Shown here one piece after another: positions 17,667 through 26,769 of a stretch of DNA of 64,000 nt. The stretch is from Solirubrobacterales bacterium (GTDB lineage Bacteria > Actinomycetota > Thermoleophilia > Solirubrobacterales > 70-9): NCBI GenBank assembly GCA_036271315.1, contig DATBAV010000042.1, forward strand, positions 47,256 to 111,255. The letters are read 5' to 3'. The notes under the pieces are model-generated. The model saw only the letters and a program-made list of their open reading frames with translations, was not told the DNA's origin and did not search any database. Position 1 is the stretch's first letter. The number at the start of each line of letters is the position of its first letter. Both the position numbers and the translations under genes were made by a program.

Positions 17667-18509
17667 TCAGCCCGTCCGGCCCCGCACGGCCTCGAGGTAG
17701 ACGTCCTCGAGCGTGCTGCTCAGCACCTCGACCCGGTGGATGCGCTCGCCCTCGGCGACAAGCCGCGCAACGATCTCCGGCGCCTGCTCGTGCCCGGCGC
17801 CCTCGAAGAGCCGAACCCCGTTCGCGGTCTCGACCTCGACCCCTCGCGGGCGCTCCAGGTCGACCGGGCGCCCCTCGCGGACCAGCTTTCCGTCGGCGAT
17901 GATCGCCACCCGGTCGCAGACCAGCTCGACCTCGCTCAGCAGGTGCGAGTTGAGCAGCACGGCGACGTCGCGGCGGCGCAGCTCTTCGAGCAGGCCGCGG
18001 ACGATCCGCCTGCCGACCGGATCGAGCGCGCTGGTCGGCTCGTCGAGCAGGAGCAACCGCGGCGATCCGACCAGGGCTTGGGCGATGCCCAGGCGCTGCT
18101 GCATCCCCTTCGACATCGTCTCTACCCGCGTGTCGGCGGCGTGACTCAGCTCGACCAGCGCGAGCAGCTCGGCGCGCTCGCTTGCTCCGCCGGCCGAGCC
18201 GCAGAGCCGCTGGTGCAGTTGCAACAGCTCCTCGGCCGAGCACCAGCCGGGGAAGCGGAAGAGCTCGGCGAGGTAGCCGATCGCGGCCCGCGCCGGGGGC
18301 GAACCGGCTGGCTGACCCAGCACCTCGACGCTGCCGCCGCTGGGCCTTACCAACCCGCAGGCGATCTTGGTCAGGGTCGACTTGCCGGCCCCGTTGGGCC
18401 CGAGTAGGCCGAGCAGCTCGCCCGCACCGACCTCGAGATCGACCCCAACCAGTGCTTCCTTGCCGCGGTAGGACTTGCGTAGGGCGCGGGCGGCGAGGAC
18501 CGCCGCCAC
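17667..18509 (-). CDS. ABC transporter ATP-binding protein
   Basis: Walker A GPNGAGKST, signature MSKGMQQRL and Walker B LLLLDEPT. The GTG start shares one nt with the metG TAG. Confidence 0.92.
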   Translation of the reverse strand: MAAVLAARALRKSYRGKEALVGVDLEVGAGELLGLLGPNGAGKSTLTKIACGLVRPSGGSVEVLGQPAGSPPARAAIGYLAELFRFPGWCSAEELLQLHQRLCGSAGGASERAELLALVELSHAADTRVETMSKGMQQRLGIAQALVGSPRLLLLDEPTSALDPVGRRIVRGLLEELRRRDVAVLLNSHLLSEVELVCDRVAIIADGKLVREGRPVDLERPRGVEVETANGVRLFEGAGHEQAPEIVARLVAEGERIHRVEVLSSTLEDVYLEAVRGRTG

Positions 18510-20026
18510 TAGGCCGGCGTCTCGATCTTGGGGAAGAGCGGCGGCACCCGCTCGACGCTCTGGCCGCCCGGGCGCGAGCCAAGTTCGGCGAGAGCGCTGC
18601 CCTCTTCGGCGAGCGCCGCGAGCAGGGTCTCACTCGTCTGCGGCAGGTATGGAACGAGCAGCAGCGTCGTCACCCGCAGCCCCTCGACCAGGTTGTAGAG
18701 AACCTCGTCGAGGCGCTCGGGATCGGCCTCGTCCTTGGCCAGCACCCAGGGCTGCGTCTCCTCGACGTAGCGGTTGAGCCGCCGCACCAGCGTCCAGGCC
18801 ACCTCCAGCGCTTGGGTCAGCTCAGCCCGGTCGAGCAGCTCGCTGAAGCGGGGCACGACGCCTTCGAAGTCCTCGGCGAGCACGGCGTCGACGGCCGCCA
18901 CCGGCACCGTGCCGGCGCGGTAGCGCTCGACCATCGCCAGCACGCGGCTGGCGAGGTTGCCGTAGTCGTTGGCGAGCTCGGTCTCGTAGCGGGACTCGAA
19001 GCCGGCGGTCGAGATCGAGCCGTCCTGGCCGAAGCTGACCTCGCGGAAGAGGTAGAAGCGCAGCGCGTCGGCGCCGAATCGGTCGATCACCTCGAAGGGG
19101 TCAAGCACGTTGCCAAGCGACTTCGACATCTTCTTCTCGCCCATCAGCAGGTAGCCGTGAATCGTCATCCGCTGCGGCGGCTCGAGGTCGGCGGCGAGGC
19201 ACAGCGCGGGCCAGATCACCGCGTGGAACTTGAGGATGTCCTTGGCCAGCACGTGCAGGGTCGCCGGCCAGTAGCGCTCGCTCAGGTCCTCGCCCTCGCG
19301 GGCGAAGGTCAGCGCCGTGACGTAGTTGAGCAGCGCGTCAAACCAGACGTACATCCGCTGCTCGGGATCCCAGGGCAGCGGCAGCCCCCATTTCAGCGTC
19401 GGCCGCGAGAGCGATACGTCTTCGAGGCCGCCCTTGATGAAGGAGACCGCCTCGTTGCGGCGGAAGTCCGGGACGACGAAGTCGGGCCGCGCCGCATACA
19501 GCTCTTCGAGCTGGGCCTGGAAGGCGGAGAGGCGGAAGAACCAGTTCTCCTCTCGGACCTTCTCCAACGGGATCTCGTGGATCGGGCAGGTGTTGCCGGG
19601 CCCGAGCTCGCGCTCGGTCTTGAAGTCGGCGCAGCGCGGGCAATACCAGCCTTCGTAAGTGCCCTTGCTGACCCAGCCGTTGTCGTAGACCCGCTGGATG
19701 ATCTCCGCCACCTTCGCCTCGTGCCGCGGGTCCGAGGTGCGGATGAAGAAGTCATTGGTGGCACCGATGATCGGCCCCAACGCCTCGAACTTGGCCGCGT
19801 TGCGATCGGCCAGCTCCTGCGGCGAGATCCCCTCCCGCTCCGCCGCCGTCTCGATCGGCTCCCCATGCTCATCGGTGCCGGTGAGGAAGAAGACATCCTC
19901 TCCCCGCTGGCGCATGTGCCGAGCCAGCACGTCGGCAGCCATCGTCGAATACGCGTGCCCGAGATGCGGCTCCGCGTTGACGTAATAGATCGGGGTGGTT
20001 ATGAAGAAGCTTTTGTCTTCAGCCAT
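18509..20026 (-). CDS. metG: methionine--tRNA ligase
   Basis: HIGH-type motif PHLGHAYS and the KMSKS motif. 505 aa. Confidence 0.95.
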   Translation of the reverse strand: MAEDKSFFITTPIYYVNAEPHLGHAYSTMAADVLARHMRQRGEDVFFLTGTDEHGEPIETAAEREGISPQELADRNAAKFEALGPIIGATNDFFIRTSDPRHEAKVAEIIQRVYDNGWVSKGTYEGWYCPRCADFKTERELGPGNTCPIHEIPLEKVREENWFFRLSAFQAQLEELYAARPDFVVPDFRRNEAVSFIKGGLEDVSLSRPTLKWGLPLPWDPEQRMYVWFDALLNYVTALTFAREGEDLSERYWPATLHVLAKDILKFHAVIWPALCLAADLEPPQRMTIHGYLLMGEKKMSKSLGNVLDPFEVIDRFGADALRFYLFREVSFGQDGSISTAGFESRYETELANDYGNLASRVLAMVERYRAGTVPVAAVDAVLAEDFEGVVPRFSELLDRAELTQALEVAWTLVRRLNRYVEETQPWVLAKDEADPERLDEVLYNLVEGLRVTTLLLVPYLPQTSETLLAALAEEGSALAELGSRPGGQSVERVPPLFPKIETPA

Positions 20027-20094
20027 GCGGCTCGCACGCTAGCAACGCGGGCTTCGACTGAAATCCATCCACAAACGAGCGCGATCGCTCAAAC

Positions 20095-20334
20095 TCAACC
20101 ATTTGCTTTGCGTAGCTCGACTTCACAGCTACTCAATGCAGCCGCCCTAACGGACGCATTCTCAGAGATATTGCCTATCAGTGCCTTTGCAACAGCTGGC
20201 ACTGTCGGCTCAGCATCCAGCTCCTTTGCAGCGTGATCAATCTTGATCCCACGACACATCCCGCGAGCCCACTCTTCCATTGCTTTTGCATCTTCGGAGT
20301 CAATGAACCGACCGGAAAGACCACTATGCGTCAC
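20095..20334 (-). CDS. hypothetical 79-aa protein in a lower-GC patch
   Basis: A GTG start is preceded by AAGGAGGAGG at about 11 nt. Hand count for 20101-20160 is 31/60 G+C. No recognisable motif. Confidence 0.4.
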   Translation of the reverse strand: MTHSGLSGRFIDSEDAKAMEEWARGMCRGIKIDHAAKELDAEPTVPAVAKALIGNISENASVRAAALSSCEVELRKANG

Positions 20335-20395
20335 GTTTTCTTTGACCTCCTCCTTGAGCCACTGAACTCCAAGTGTTAACCATCACTCCCAAGCC

Positions 20396-21223
20396 CTAAC
20401 GACGCGGCTCGCGGCCCGTAAGCGCTCGGTAGAGATCGTTCGCACGAGTGCCGGTGAGGGCGGCGACGACGCTGGCGGCGGCACGGGGGCGGGCGCCGGA
20501 CTGGACCAGGTGGCGGAGGGCGTCGACGGCGAAGCCGACGTCGCGGTCGTGCTCCTCGGCGGCGGCGGGGGCGATCACGAGGACGATCTCGCCCTTGACG
20601 TCGCCGCGGAAGCGGCGGGCAAGTTCGGCCAGGGAGCCGCGGGAGACTTCCTCGTGCATCTTGGTCATCTCGCGACAGACAGCGGCGGGACGGTCGGGGG
20701 CGATTGCCGCCAGCGCCGCCAGCGACTCCCCCACCCGGCGCGGCGACTCGAAGGCGATCACGGTCTCGGCCGAGCGCAGCACGCGCTCCATCTCGCCCGA
20801 GCGCTTCGGCAGGAAGCCCTCGAAGCGCCAGCGGTCGGTGGGCAGGCCGGAGGCGACCAGGGCCACCGGCACCACCGAGGGGCCGGGCAGCACGGTGATG
20901 TCGAGGTCGCGTTCGATGCAGCGGCGGATCAGCTTGTAGCCGGGGTCCGAGACTGCGGGCATGCCGGCGTCGGAGACGAGGGCGACGATGTCGCCGCGCT
21001 CGATCCGTTGCGCCAGCTCGGTCGCCCGTGGCCCTTCGTTGCCCTCGTGGTTGGAGATCAGCGGCGGCGCCGGGCGGATGCCGAGCTTGTCGAGCAGGCC
21101 ACCCGTCCTGCGCGTGTCCTCGCAGGCGATCCAGTCAGCGGCGACGAGCGCTTCGCGGACCCGCACCGTGATGTCATCGAGGTTTCCGATCGGGGTCGGG
21201 CAGACGATCAGCTCGCCGGGCAT
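20396..21223 (-). CDS. rsmI: 16S rRNA (cytidine1402-2'-O)-methyltransferase
   Basis: N-terminus LIVCPTPIGNLDDIT typical of RsmI (tetrapyrrole-methylase fold). 275 aa. Confidence 0.92.
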   Translation of the reverse strand: MPGELIVCPTPIGNLDDITVRVREALVAADWIACEDTRRTGGLLDKLGIRPAPPLISNHEGNEGPRATELAQRIERGDIVALVSDAGMPAVSDPGYKLIRRCIERDLDITVLPGPSVVPVALVASGLPTDRWRFEGFLPKRSGEMERVLRSAETVIAFESPRRVGESLAALAAIAPDRPAAVCREMTKMHEEVSRGSLAELARRFRGDVKGEIVLVIAPAAAEEHDRDVGFAVDALRHLVQSGARPRAAASVVAALTGTRANDLYRALTGREPRR

Positions 21224-22185
21224 CAGCCCTGCCCCTGCTCCAGCTCGATCCGCGCCATCGCGGCGGCGCCGATCATGCCGGCGTCCGAGCCGAGCTCGGC
21301 CGCGACCACGGGGATCTTCTTCATCGGCGGCAACGCCCGCTCCGCCAGCACCCGCCGGGCAGGATCGAGCAGCAAGTCGCCGGCGGCGATCACGCCACCG
21401 CCGATGACGAAGACTTCCGGCTCGAAGATGTTGGCGAAGCTGGTCAGGGCGACGCCGAGCCGCGAGCCGATCAGGTCGAAGACGCCGCGCGCGGTCGCGT
21501 CGCCGGAGAGCGCCACCTCAGTGACGACCTTGCCGTCGATCGTCTCGCCGTCAGCGAGCATCGCGCCGAGGGCGGAGTCGGGCTCGCGCTCGGCGGCTGC
21601 CCGGCCCTCGCGGCCCAGCGCCGTCCCGGAGGCCAGCGTCTCGACGCAGCCGCGCCCCGGGCAGTTGCCCTGACAGGGCGGCCCGTTCATGTCGATCACC
21701 GTGTGGCCGAGCTCGGACCCGGCGCCGGTGGAGCCACGGAAGATCTCGCCGTTCAAGATCAAGCCCCCGCCGATCCCGGTGCCGATCGTCAGCATCACCG
21801 CGTTTTCAGCGCCTCGCGCCGCTCCGTAGAGGTGCTCGGCCAGCGCCGCCACGGTGGCGTCGTTGTCGACGAAGATCGGCAGGCCGGTACGCTCGCCGAT
21901 CAGGTCGCGGATCGGCAGGTTCTCCAGCGGCAGGTTGACCGCGGAGACCGCGATCCCCTTGTCGTGGTTGATCGTCGCCGGAATGCCGAGGCCGACCGCC
22001 GCGGCGCCGGGGCACTTCCCCCGCGCCTCTTGGATCTCGCGCACCAGCAGCTCGACCAACTCGTCCCCGGTATGACCCGTGGAGGCCTCGCGGCTCTCCC
22101 AGAGCACCTTCGAATCGGGATCGAGGACGCCGAGCAGCATCTTCGTGCCGCCCAGGTCAACGCCGATGATTTCCCCTGCACTCAT
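21223..22185 (-). CDS. ROK-family glucokinase
   Basis: ATP-binding motif GVDLGGTK and ROK zinc motif CQGNCPGRGCVE. 320 aa. Confidence 0.88.
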   Translation of the reverse strand: MSAGEIIGVDLGGTKMLLGVLDPDSKVLWESREASTGHTGDELVELLVREIQEARGKCPGAAAVGLGIPATINHDKGIAVSAVNLPLENLPIRDLIGERTGLPIFVDNDATVAALAEHLYGAARGAENAVMLTIGTGIGGGLILNGEIFRGSTGAGSELGHTVIDMNGPPCQGNCPGRGCVETLASGTALGREGRAAAEREPDSALGAMLADGETIDGKVVTEVALSGDATARGVFDLIGSRLGVALTSFANIFEPEVFVIGGGVIAAGDLLLDPARRVLAERALPPMKKIPVVAAELGSDAGMIGAAAMARIELEQGQG

Positions 22186-22250
22186 ACGAGCTTCAGGGCA
22201 GGGTAGAGGCGGGCGACCGCGGGCATCGGCATGATTCCCGGCAGTCTTTC

Positions 22251-23483
22251 ATGGCCGACAATGGCGAGCAGCAGCCCTCCGGGCCGCCCGAGTACAAGGT
22301 CTACCGGTCCCGGAAGGGCCGCTTGTCCGGGTTGCGGTCCCCAGATCTCTCAGGACTCAGGGAGCGGACCCCGCGCGCGCCGAAGTGGTGGCGGCGCGAC
22401 AAGGAGCCGAAGCCCGAGCGCACCGGGCCGCCCCGCCGCTGGACCGCCAAGCGAGTGCTCAAGTGGGTCGGGATCGCCGCCCTGGGCTGGATCGTGCTCA
22501 GCTTCCTCGCCTTCGCCGTCTCCGCCCAGCTGCAGTCCTTCAAGCTCTCCAGCGAAGCCAAGGACGCCCTGCACGGCAACCCCTTCCTGCTGCCCAGCGC
22601 CCAGACGATCCTCGTCCTCGGCACCGACGCGCGGCCGCCCGACACCAAGGGAACCGGCGCACCCTCGCAGAAGTGCTTCGAACAGCAGGCCCACGGCGAC
22701 GCGCCGCACGACGGCTGCGAAGACGGGCAGTTCCGCGCCGACACCCTGATGCTGATCCGCGCCGGCGGCGGCGCCTTCCGCAAACTCTCGATCCCGCGCG
22801 ACAGCTACGCAGAAATCCCCGGCCAGAGCCCTCAGAAAATCAACGCCGCCTTCGCCTTCGGCGGCGCCAAGGCCCAGATCGAAGCGGTCGAAAACTTCCT
22901 CAACATCCAGATCGACCACGTGGCGATCGTCGACTTCACCGGCTTCGAAGACCTGATCGACGCCGTCGGCGGGATCGAAGTCGACGTCCCACACAAGCTC
23001 TGCGCCGACATCTCCGGCGGCGCCGGCGGCGGCCAGGGCGGCGTCACCCTGCGCCTGCACAAGGGCGAGAACACGCTCGACGGTGAAAAGGCCCTCGCCT
23101 ACTCGCGGGTGCGCGAGCCGAGCGAATGCCCCGGGCCCGGCAAGAGCGCCTACTCGTTCGGCTACAACGACTTCCAGCGCGCCCAGGCCCAGCAACGCGT
23201 AATCAACGGGATCAAGAGCCGGCTCACCGACCCGCTGCGCCTCCCCTACAACTTCATTCACGGCCCGATCATCGGCTGGGAGGCGCCCAAAGCCTTCGTC
23301 AGCGACATGGGCTTCCTGACCATGCCGCAGCTGATCCTCTCGGCTGCGATCGGCGGCAGCGCCCCGACCGACGTCCTCTGCGCCGGCGCCCACTCGGGCT
23401 GCGAACTCGACGGCCCCGAAGGCAGCGTCGTCGTGCCGGAGGCGACCCGGCGCCGCGCCGTGCACCACCTGCTCAACGGCTAG
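22251..23483 (+). CDS. LytR-CpsA-Psr (LCP) family cell-envelope phosphotransferase
   Basis: N-terminal TM helix followed by LCP motifs ILVLGTDAR, RADTLMLIR and SIPRDSY. Confidence 0.9.
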   Translation: MADNGEQQPSGPPEYKVYRSRKGRLSGLRSPDLSGLRERTPRAPKWWRRDKEPKPERTGPPRRWTAKRVLKWVGIAALGWIVLSFLAFAVSAQLQSFKLSSEAKDALHGNPFLLPSAQTILVLGTDARPPDTKGTGAPSQKCFEQQAHGDAPHDGCEDGQFRADTLMLIRAGGGAFRKLSIPRDSYAEIPGQSPQKINAAFAFGGAKAQIEAVENFLNIQIDHVAIVDFTGFEDLIDAVGGIEVDVPHKLCADISGGAGGGQGGVTLRLHKGENTLDGEKALAYSRVREPSECPGPGKSAYSFGYNDFQRAQAQQRVINGIKSRLTDPLRLPYNFIHGPIIGWEAPKAFVSDMGFLTMPQLILSAAIGGSAPTDVLCAGAHSGCELDGPEGSVVVPEATRRRAVHHLLNG

Positions 23484-23529
23484 CGTCGCCGACTGAACAG
23501 TTGACCCCCCAAAAGCGGGGGCAAATCGT

Positions 23530-23850
23530 TCAGTCGCTGGTCGTCGAGGCCTTGGGCTTCGCGTCGCCCGAAGACTTCGAGTCGCTCGACTTGGACTCGC
23601 TGGAGCCCTCAGACGACCCTTTGGACTCGCCGGAGCCCTCGGAGGAGCCGCCGTTGGCGGCGGCGCCCTTCTTCTTCTTGCCGTAGTCGGTGTTGTAGAA
23701 GCCGGAGCCCTTGAAGTGGACGGCAACGGGGTGCAGGACGCGCACCGCGGGAGCGCCGCACTCCTGGCACTCGGTCAGCGCCTCGTCGCTCATCTTCTGG
23801 ATCACATCGAAGACGTGGCCGTTCTCGCATTTGTACTCGTAGATAGGCAC
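23530..23850 (-). CDS. FmdB-family zinc-ribbon protein with Ser/Gly/Glu/Lys-rich tail
   Basis: The start was moved to GTG 23850 (VPIYEYKCENGH...CQECG), the canonical FmdB N-terminus. The tail is low-complexity. Confidence 0.8.
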   Translation of the reverse strand: MPIYEYKCENGHVFDVIQKMSDEALTECQECGAPAVRVLHPVAVHFKGSGFYNTDYGKKKKGAAANGGSSEGSGESKGSSEGSSESKSSDSKSSGDAKPKASTTSD

Positions 23851-23887
23851 GGGCTGCGGGATTATCGCAGCCGGTACGGTTCTGGCC

Positions 23888-25279
23888 ATGTCGACCGCCG
23901 AGCAGGGAGCGCCGCAGACAGACGTCTCGATGGAGGAGATCGTCGCCCTCTGCAAGCGGCGCGGCTTCGTCTTCCCCTCCTCGGAGATCTACGGCGGGCT
24001 CGGCTCGACCTACGACTACGGCCACTACGGCGTGCTGCTGAAGAACAACGTCAAGGCCGAGTGGTGGCGGGCGATGCTGCAGGAACGCGACGACATCGTC
24101 GCGCTCGACTCGGCGATCCTCCAGCACCCGCGGGTCTGGGAGGCCTCGGGCCACCTCGAGGGCTTCACCGACCCGCTGGTCCAGTGCCTGGGCAAGTGCA
24201 AGCGGCGCTGGCGCGAGGATCACCTGCGCGAGGCGGTCGAAGCCGAAGGCGGCGACCCCAACGCCGAGCTGCGCTGTCCCGAGTGCGGCGGCGAGCTCTC
24301 CGAGCCGCGCCAGTTCAACCTGATGTTCGAGACCCACATCGGCCCGGTCGCCGGCGAGGGCTCGGAGGTCTACCTGCGCCCGGAGACCGCCCAGGGCATC
24401 TTCATCAACTTCAAGAACGTGCTCAGCTTCGCCCGCAAGAAGCCCCCCTTCGGCATCGCCCAGATCGGCAAGTCCTTCCGCAACGAGATCACCCCGGGCA
24501 ACTTCATCTTCCGCACCCGCGAGTTCGAGCAGATGGAGATGGAGTTCTTCGTGCCGCCGGCCGAAGCCGAGCGCTGGTACCGCGAGTGGATCGAGCTGCG
24601 CGAGCGCTGGTACACCGACCTCGGCATCCGCCCCGACTTCCTCCGCGTCCGCTCCCACGACGCCGACGAGCTCTCCCACTACTCCTCGGGCACCAGCGAC
24701 GTCGAGTACCTCTTCCCGATCGGCTGGTCGGAGCTGGAGGGAATCGCCAACCGCGGCGACTTCGACCTCACCCAGCACGCCAAGTTCAGCGGCGAGAAGC
24801 TCGAGTACTTCGACCAGCAGACCAAAGAGCGCTATGTCCCCCACGTGATCGAGCCCGCCGCCGGCGCCGACCGCGCCACGCTCGCCTTCCTCGTCGACGC
24901 CTACGAGGTCGAGGAGGTCGAGGGCCGCCAGCGCACCGTGCTGCGCCTCCACCCCCGCCTCGCCCCCAACAAGGCGGCCGTCCTCCCCCTCGTCTCCAAG
25001 GACGGCCTGCCCGAGAAGGCCCGGCCGATCTTCGAAGAGCTGCGCACGCGGATGCCGACCGAGTTCGACGAGGGCGGCTCGATTGGCAAGCGCTACCGCC
25101 GCCAGGACGAGATCGGTACCCCCTGGGGCATCACCGTCGACCACCAGACGATGGAAGACGACACCGTCACCCTGCGCGACCGCGACTCACTGGAGCAAAC
25201 CCGAGTCCCAATCGCCGGCCTCGCCGACGACCTCGTCGCCCGCCTGGCCCAGCCCTGGCGCAGCCCGAAGCTCGGCTGA
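23888..25279 (+). CDS. glyQS: glycine--tRNA ligase (dimeric class II type)
   Basis: Class II motif region FRNEITPGNFIFRTREFEQMEMEFF. 463 aa. Confidence 0.95.
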   Translation: MSTAEQGAPQTDVSMEEIVALCKRRGFVFPSSEIYGGLGSTYDYGHYGVLLKNNVKAEWWRAMLQERDDIVALDSAILQHPRVWEASGHLEGFTDPLVQCLGKCKRRWREDHLREAVEAEGGDPNAELRCPECGGELSEPRQFNLMFETHIGPVAGEGSEVYLRPETAQGIFINFKNVLSFARKKPPFGIAQIGKSFRNEITPGNFIFRTREFEQMEMEFFVPPAEAERWYREWIELRERWYTDLGIRPDFLRVRSHDADELSHYSSGTSDVEYLFPIGWSELEGIANRGDFDLTQHAKFSGEKLEYFDQQTKERYVPHVIEPAAGADRATLAFLVDAYEVEEVEGRQRTVLRLHPRLAPNKAAVLPLVSKDGLPEKARPIFEELRTRMPTEFDEGGSIGKRYRRQDEIGTPWGITVDHQTMEDDTVTLRDRDSLEQTRVPIAGLADDLVARLAQPWRSPKLG

Positions 25280-25286
25280 TCGGGCC

Positions 25287-26318
25287 TCAGTCGTTTGGGG
25301 AAGGGCGATCCGGCATCCAGACCCGGCGCAGAGGAATCGCCTGCTTGGCTTCGTCGGGCAGCTGCGGGTAGTGAGCGAGGATGAGCTCGATCAGATCGTC
25401 AGGTCCAATCAGCCTCATATTGGGCATGCCTCGCGCCGCCTGCTCGGCCTGCGGGGTATAGCCGCTGACGGCGATGAAGACGCCAAGCTCAGATCCAGCA
25501 AGAGTGCCGTTCAGGGCCTGGACTTCGCTGGGCCCCGATTTGCCAGTTCCCGACTTGCATTGGACCTTGAGGAGTGGCGGCTTGATGCCGAGCGGGTCTT
25601 CGGTCGCCAGGATGTCGATGCCGCCATCGGCACCCGGCGAACTGACGCGAACCGAGTATCCGAGTGCCTCGAACAACCACCCGCAGAAGCGCGCGAACCC
25701 ATGCCCCTTCAATGTCGAGTTGAAAGTCTTGAGGAGGAAATCGCCAGTGAGAGCGCCGATCCGTTCGACATCCGGCTCATCCTCGGAAACCGGTTCTATG
25801 TCTCCCGCATCCGCCACGGTAGGCGCTGTGTCCCCGCCTGCCCTGGATTCCCCATCGAGTCGTGAGAGCAGCTCTTCGCGGTGCTCCTTGATCGTGAAGA
25901 CCGACAGGGCCGAGCCAACCTCATAAAGACACCCGGTAGAGAATTCGTCACGTGGAAGTTCGGTCTTCAACCATTCGACCGGCCGGCGATTCGGATACCG
26001 CCCCGAGGTTCCCGGTGCATAGTCATAGTCACCCACTATGCGCCCGATATTGATCGTGCGATCCGACTTTCGCGAGTAGACGACGAGCTCGCCGACCTGC
26101 ATTACATAGCGGAAGCGGAGTAGCTGGCCGGCTGCATTTGCTACCCACGCCTCGCTCCGGTCTGGAAAGCTCTCGCGCAACCTTGCCTTGAATCGGTCGC
26201 GGTCCTCTGGGAGATCCGTGAGATCGCCAGCGTCAGGCCAACCGATGGCAATCATTCGCTCGCCCAGAAAATCGTGGGGACCCCGGTGATGAATTCCCCA
26301 GAGCGTGTCCTGATTCAT
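25287..26318 (-). CDS. Mrr-type (type IV-like) restriction endonuclease with an N-terminal uncharacterised beta-rich domain
   Basis: The C-terminal Mrr_cat-like core reads GADGGIDILA...LLKVQCKSG (D...QxK). The N-terminal ~150 aa read IAIGW...GELVVYSRKSDRTINIGRIVGDYDY. The gene is lower-GC (29/60 for 25921-25980). Confidence 0.8.
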   Translation of the reverse strand: MNQDTLWGIHHRGPHDFLGERMIAIGWPDAGDLTDLPEDRDRFKARLRESFPDRSEAWVANAAGQLLRFRYVMQVGELVVYSRKSDRTINIGRIVGDYDYAPGTSGRYPNRRPVEWLKTELPRDEFSTGCLYEVGSALSVFTIKEHREELLSRLDGESRAGGDTAPTVADAGDIEPVSEDEPDVERIGALTGDFLLKTFNSTLKGHGFARFCGWLFEALGYSVRVSSPGADGGIDILATEDPLGIKPPLLKVQCKSGTGKSGPSEVQALNGTLAGSELGVFIAVSGYTPQAEQAARGMPNMRLIGPDDLIELILAHYPQLPDEAKQAIPLRRVWMPDRPSPND

Positions 26319-26375
26319 GCCCCGATCCTATGGGGTACGGCAGGTTTTCCCCGCCATTGGCCGCAATCCGTGTGC

Positions 26376-26747
26376 TTACGCTCCGCCCTCAATCAAACCG
26401 ATCACGTTGCCCTCCGGATCTTTGAACTGGCCGAGGACCATGCGGCCCATGATCGTCTCGGGGCCCATCACGCGGGTGCCGCCCAGGGACTCGGCCTTGC
26501 TCAGGGCTTGCTCGACGCTGGGAACTTCGACGTAGAAGGTGACGTGGCCCTCATAGCCGTCGGGGCCCTGGCCGATGCCGCCACCGAGGCCGATGCCTTC
26601 GGCGTTGCTGTTGGCTTCGCGGTCGACGAGGCCGTACTTCATCTCGTTCTCGGCGTTGACGTCCCAATCGAATAGATCGGCGTAGTAGCTCTGCAGCTTC
26701 TCGCCGTCCTTGCCGACGATCTCGAAGTGGACCACTGGCTGTCCCAT
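26376..26747 (-). CDS. VOC (glyoxalase/bleomycin-resistance/dioxygenase) family protein
   Basis: The start was moved to ATG 26747, preceded by GGAGGAG. Sequence MGQPVVHFEIVGKD... and FKDPEGNVIGL are typical of VOC proteins. Confidence 0.85.
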   Translation of the reverse strand: MGQPVVHFEIVGKDGEKLQSYYADLFDWDVNAENEMKYGLVDREANSNAEGIGLGGGIGQGPDGYEGHVTFYVEVPSVEQALSKAESLGGTRVMGPETIMGRMVLGQFKDPEGNVIGLIEGGA

Positions 26748-26769
26748 CTCAATCTCCTCCTGTTGGTTC

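Noticed and set aside
18182-20236. 684-aa plus-strand ORF
   Set aside because: It is antisense to metG and the ABC ATPase. The sequence is Arg/Pro/Gly-rich and has no recognisable domain. metG on the other strand has HIGH and KMSKS motifs.
23545-23660. Short periodic nucleotide repeats (GACTCGC.GGAGCCCTC..) that look superficially array-like
   Set aside because: They encode the low-complexity Ser/Gly/Glu/Lys tail of the FmdB-like protein. There is no spacer/repeat organisation and there are no cas genes, so this is not a CRISPR array. The same applies to the Gly/Ser/Gln-coding repeats at about 15060-15130.
23851-23887. Possible T-box or riboswitch leaders upstream of glyQS, and upstream of metG at 20027-20094
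   Set aside because: The spacers are only 37 nt and 68 nt. They lack specifier-hairpin or T-box sequence features, and actinobacterial glyQS/metG are not known to me to use such short leaders.
23609-25144. 511-aa minus-strand ORF, and the 551-aa plus-strand ORF 23716-25371
   Set aside because: Both overlap glyQS, one in antisense and one in an alternative frame. Only the 23888-25279 frame gives class II GlyRS motifs.
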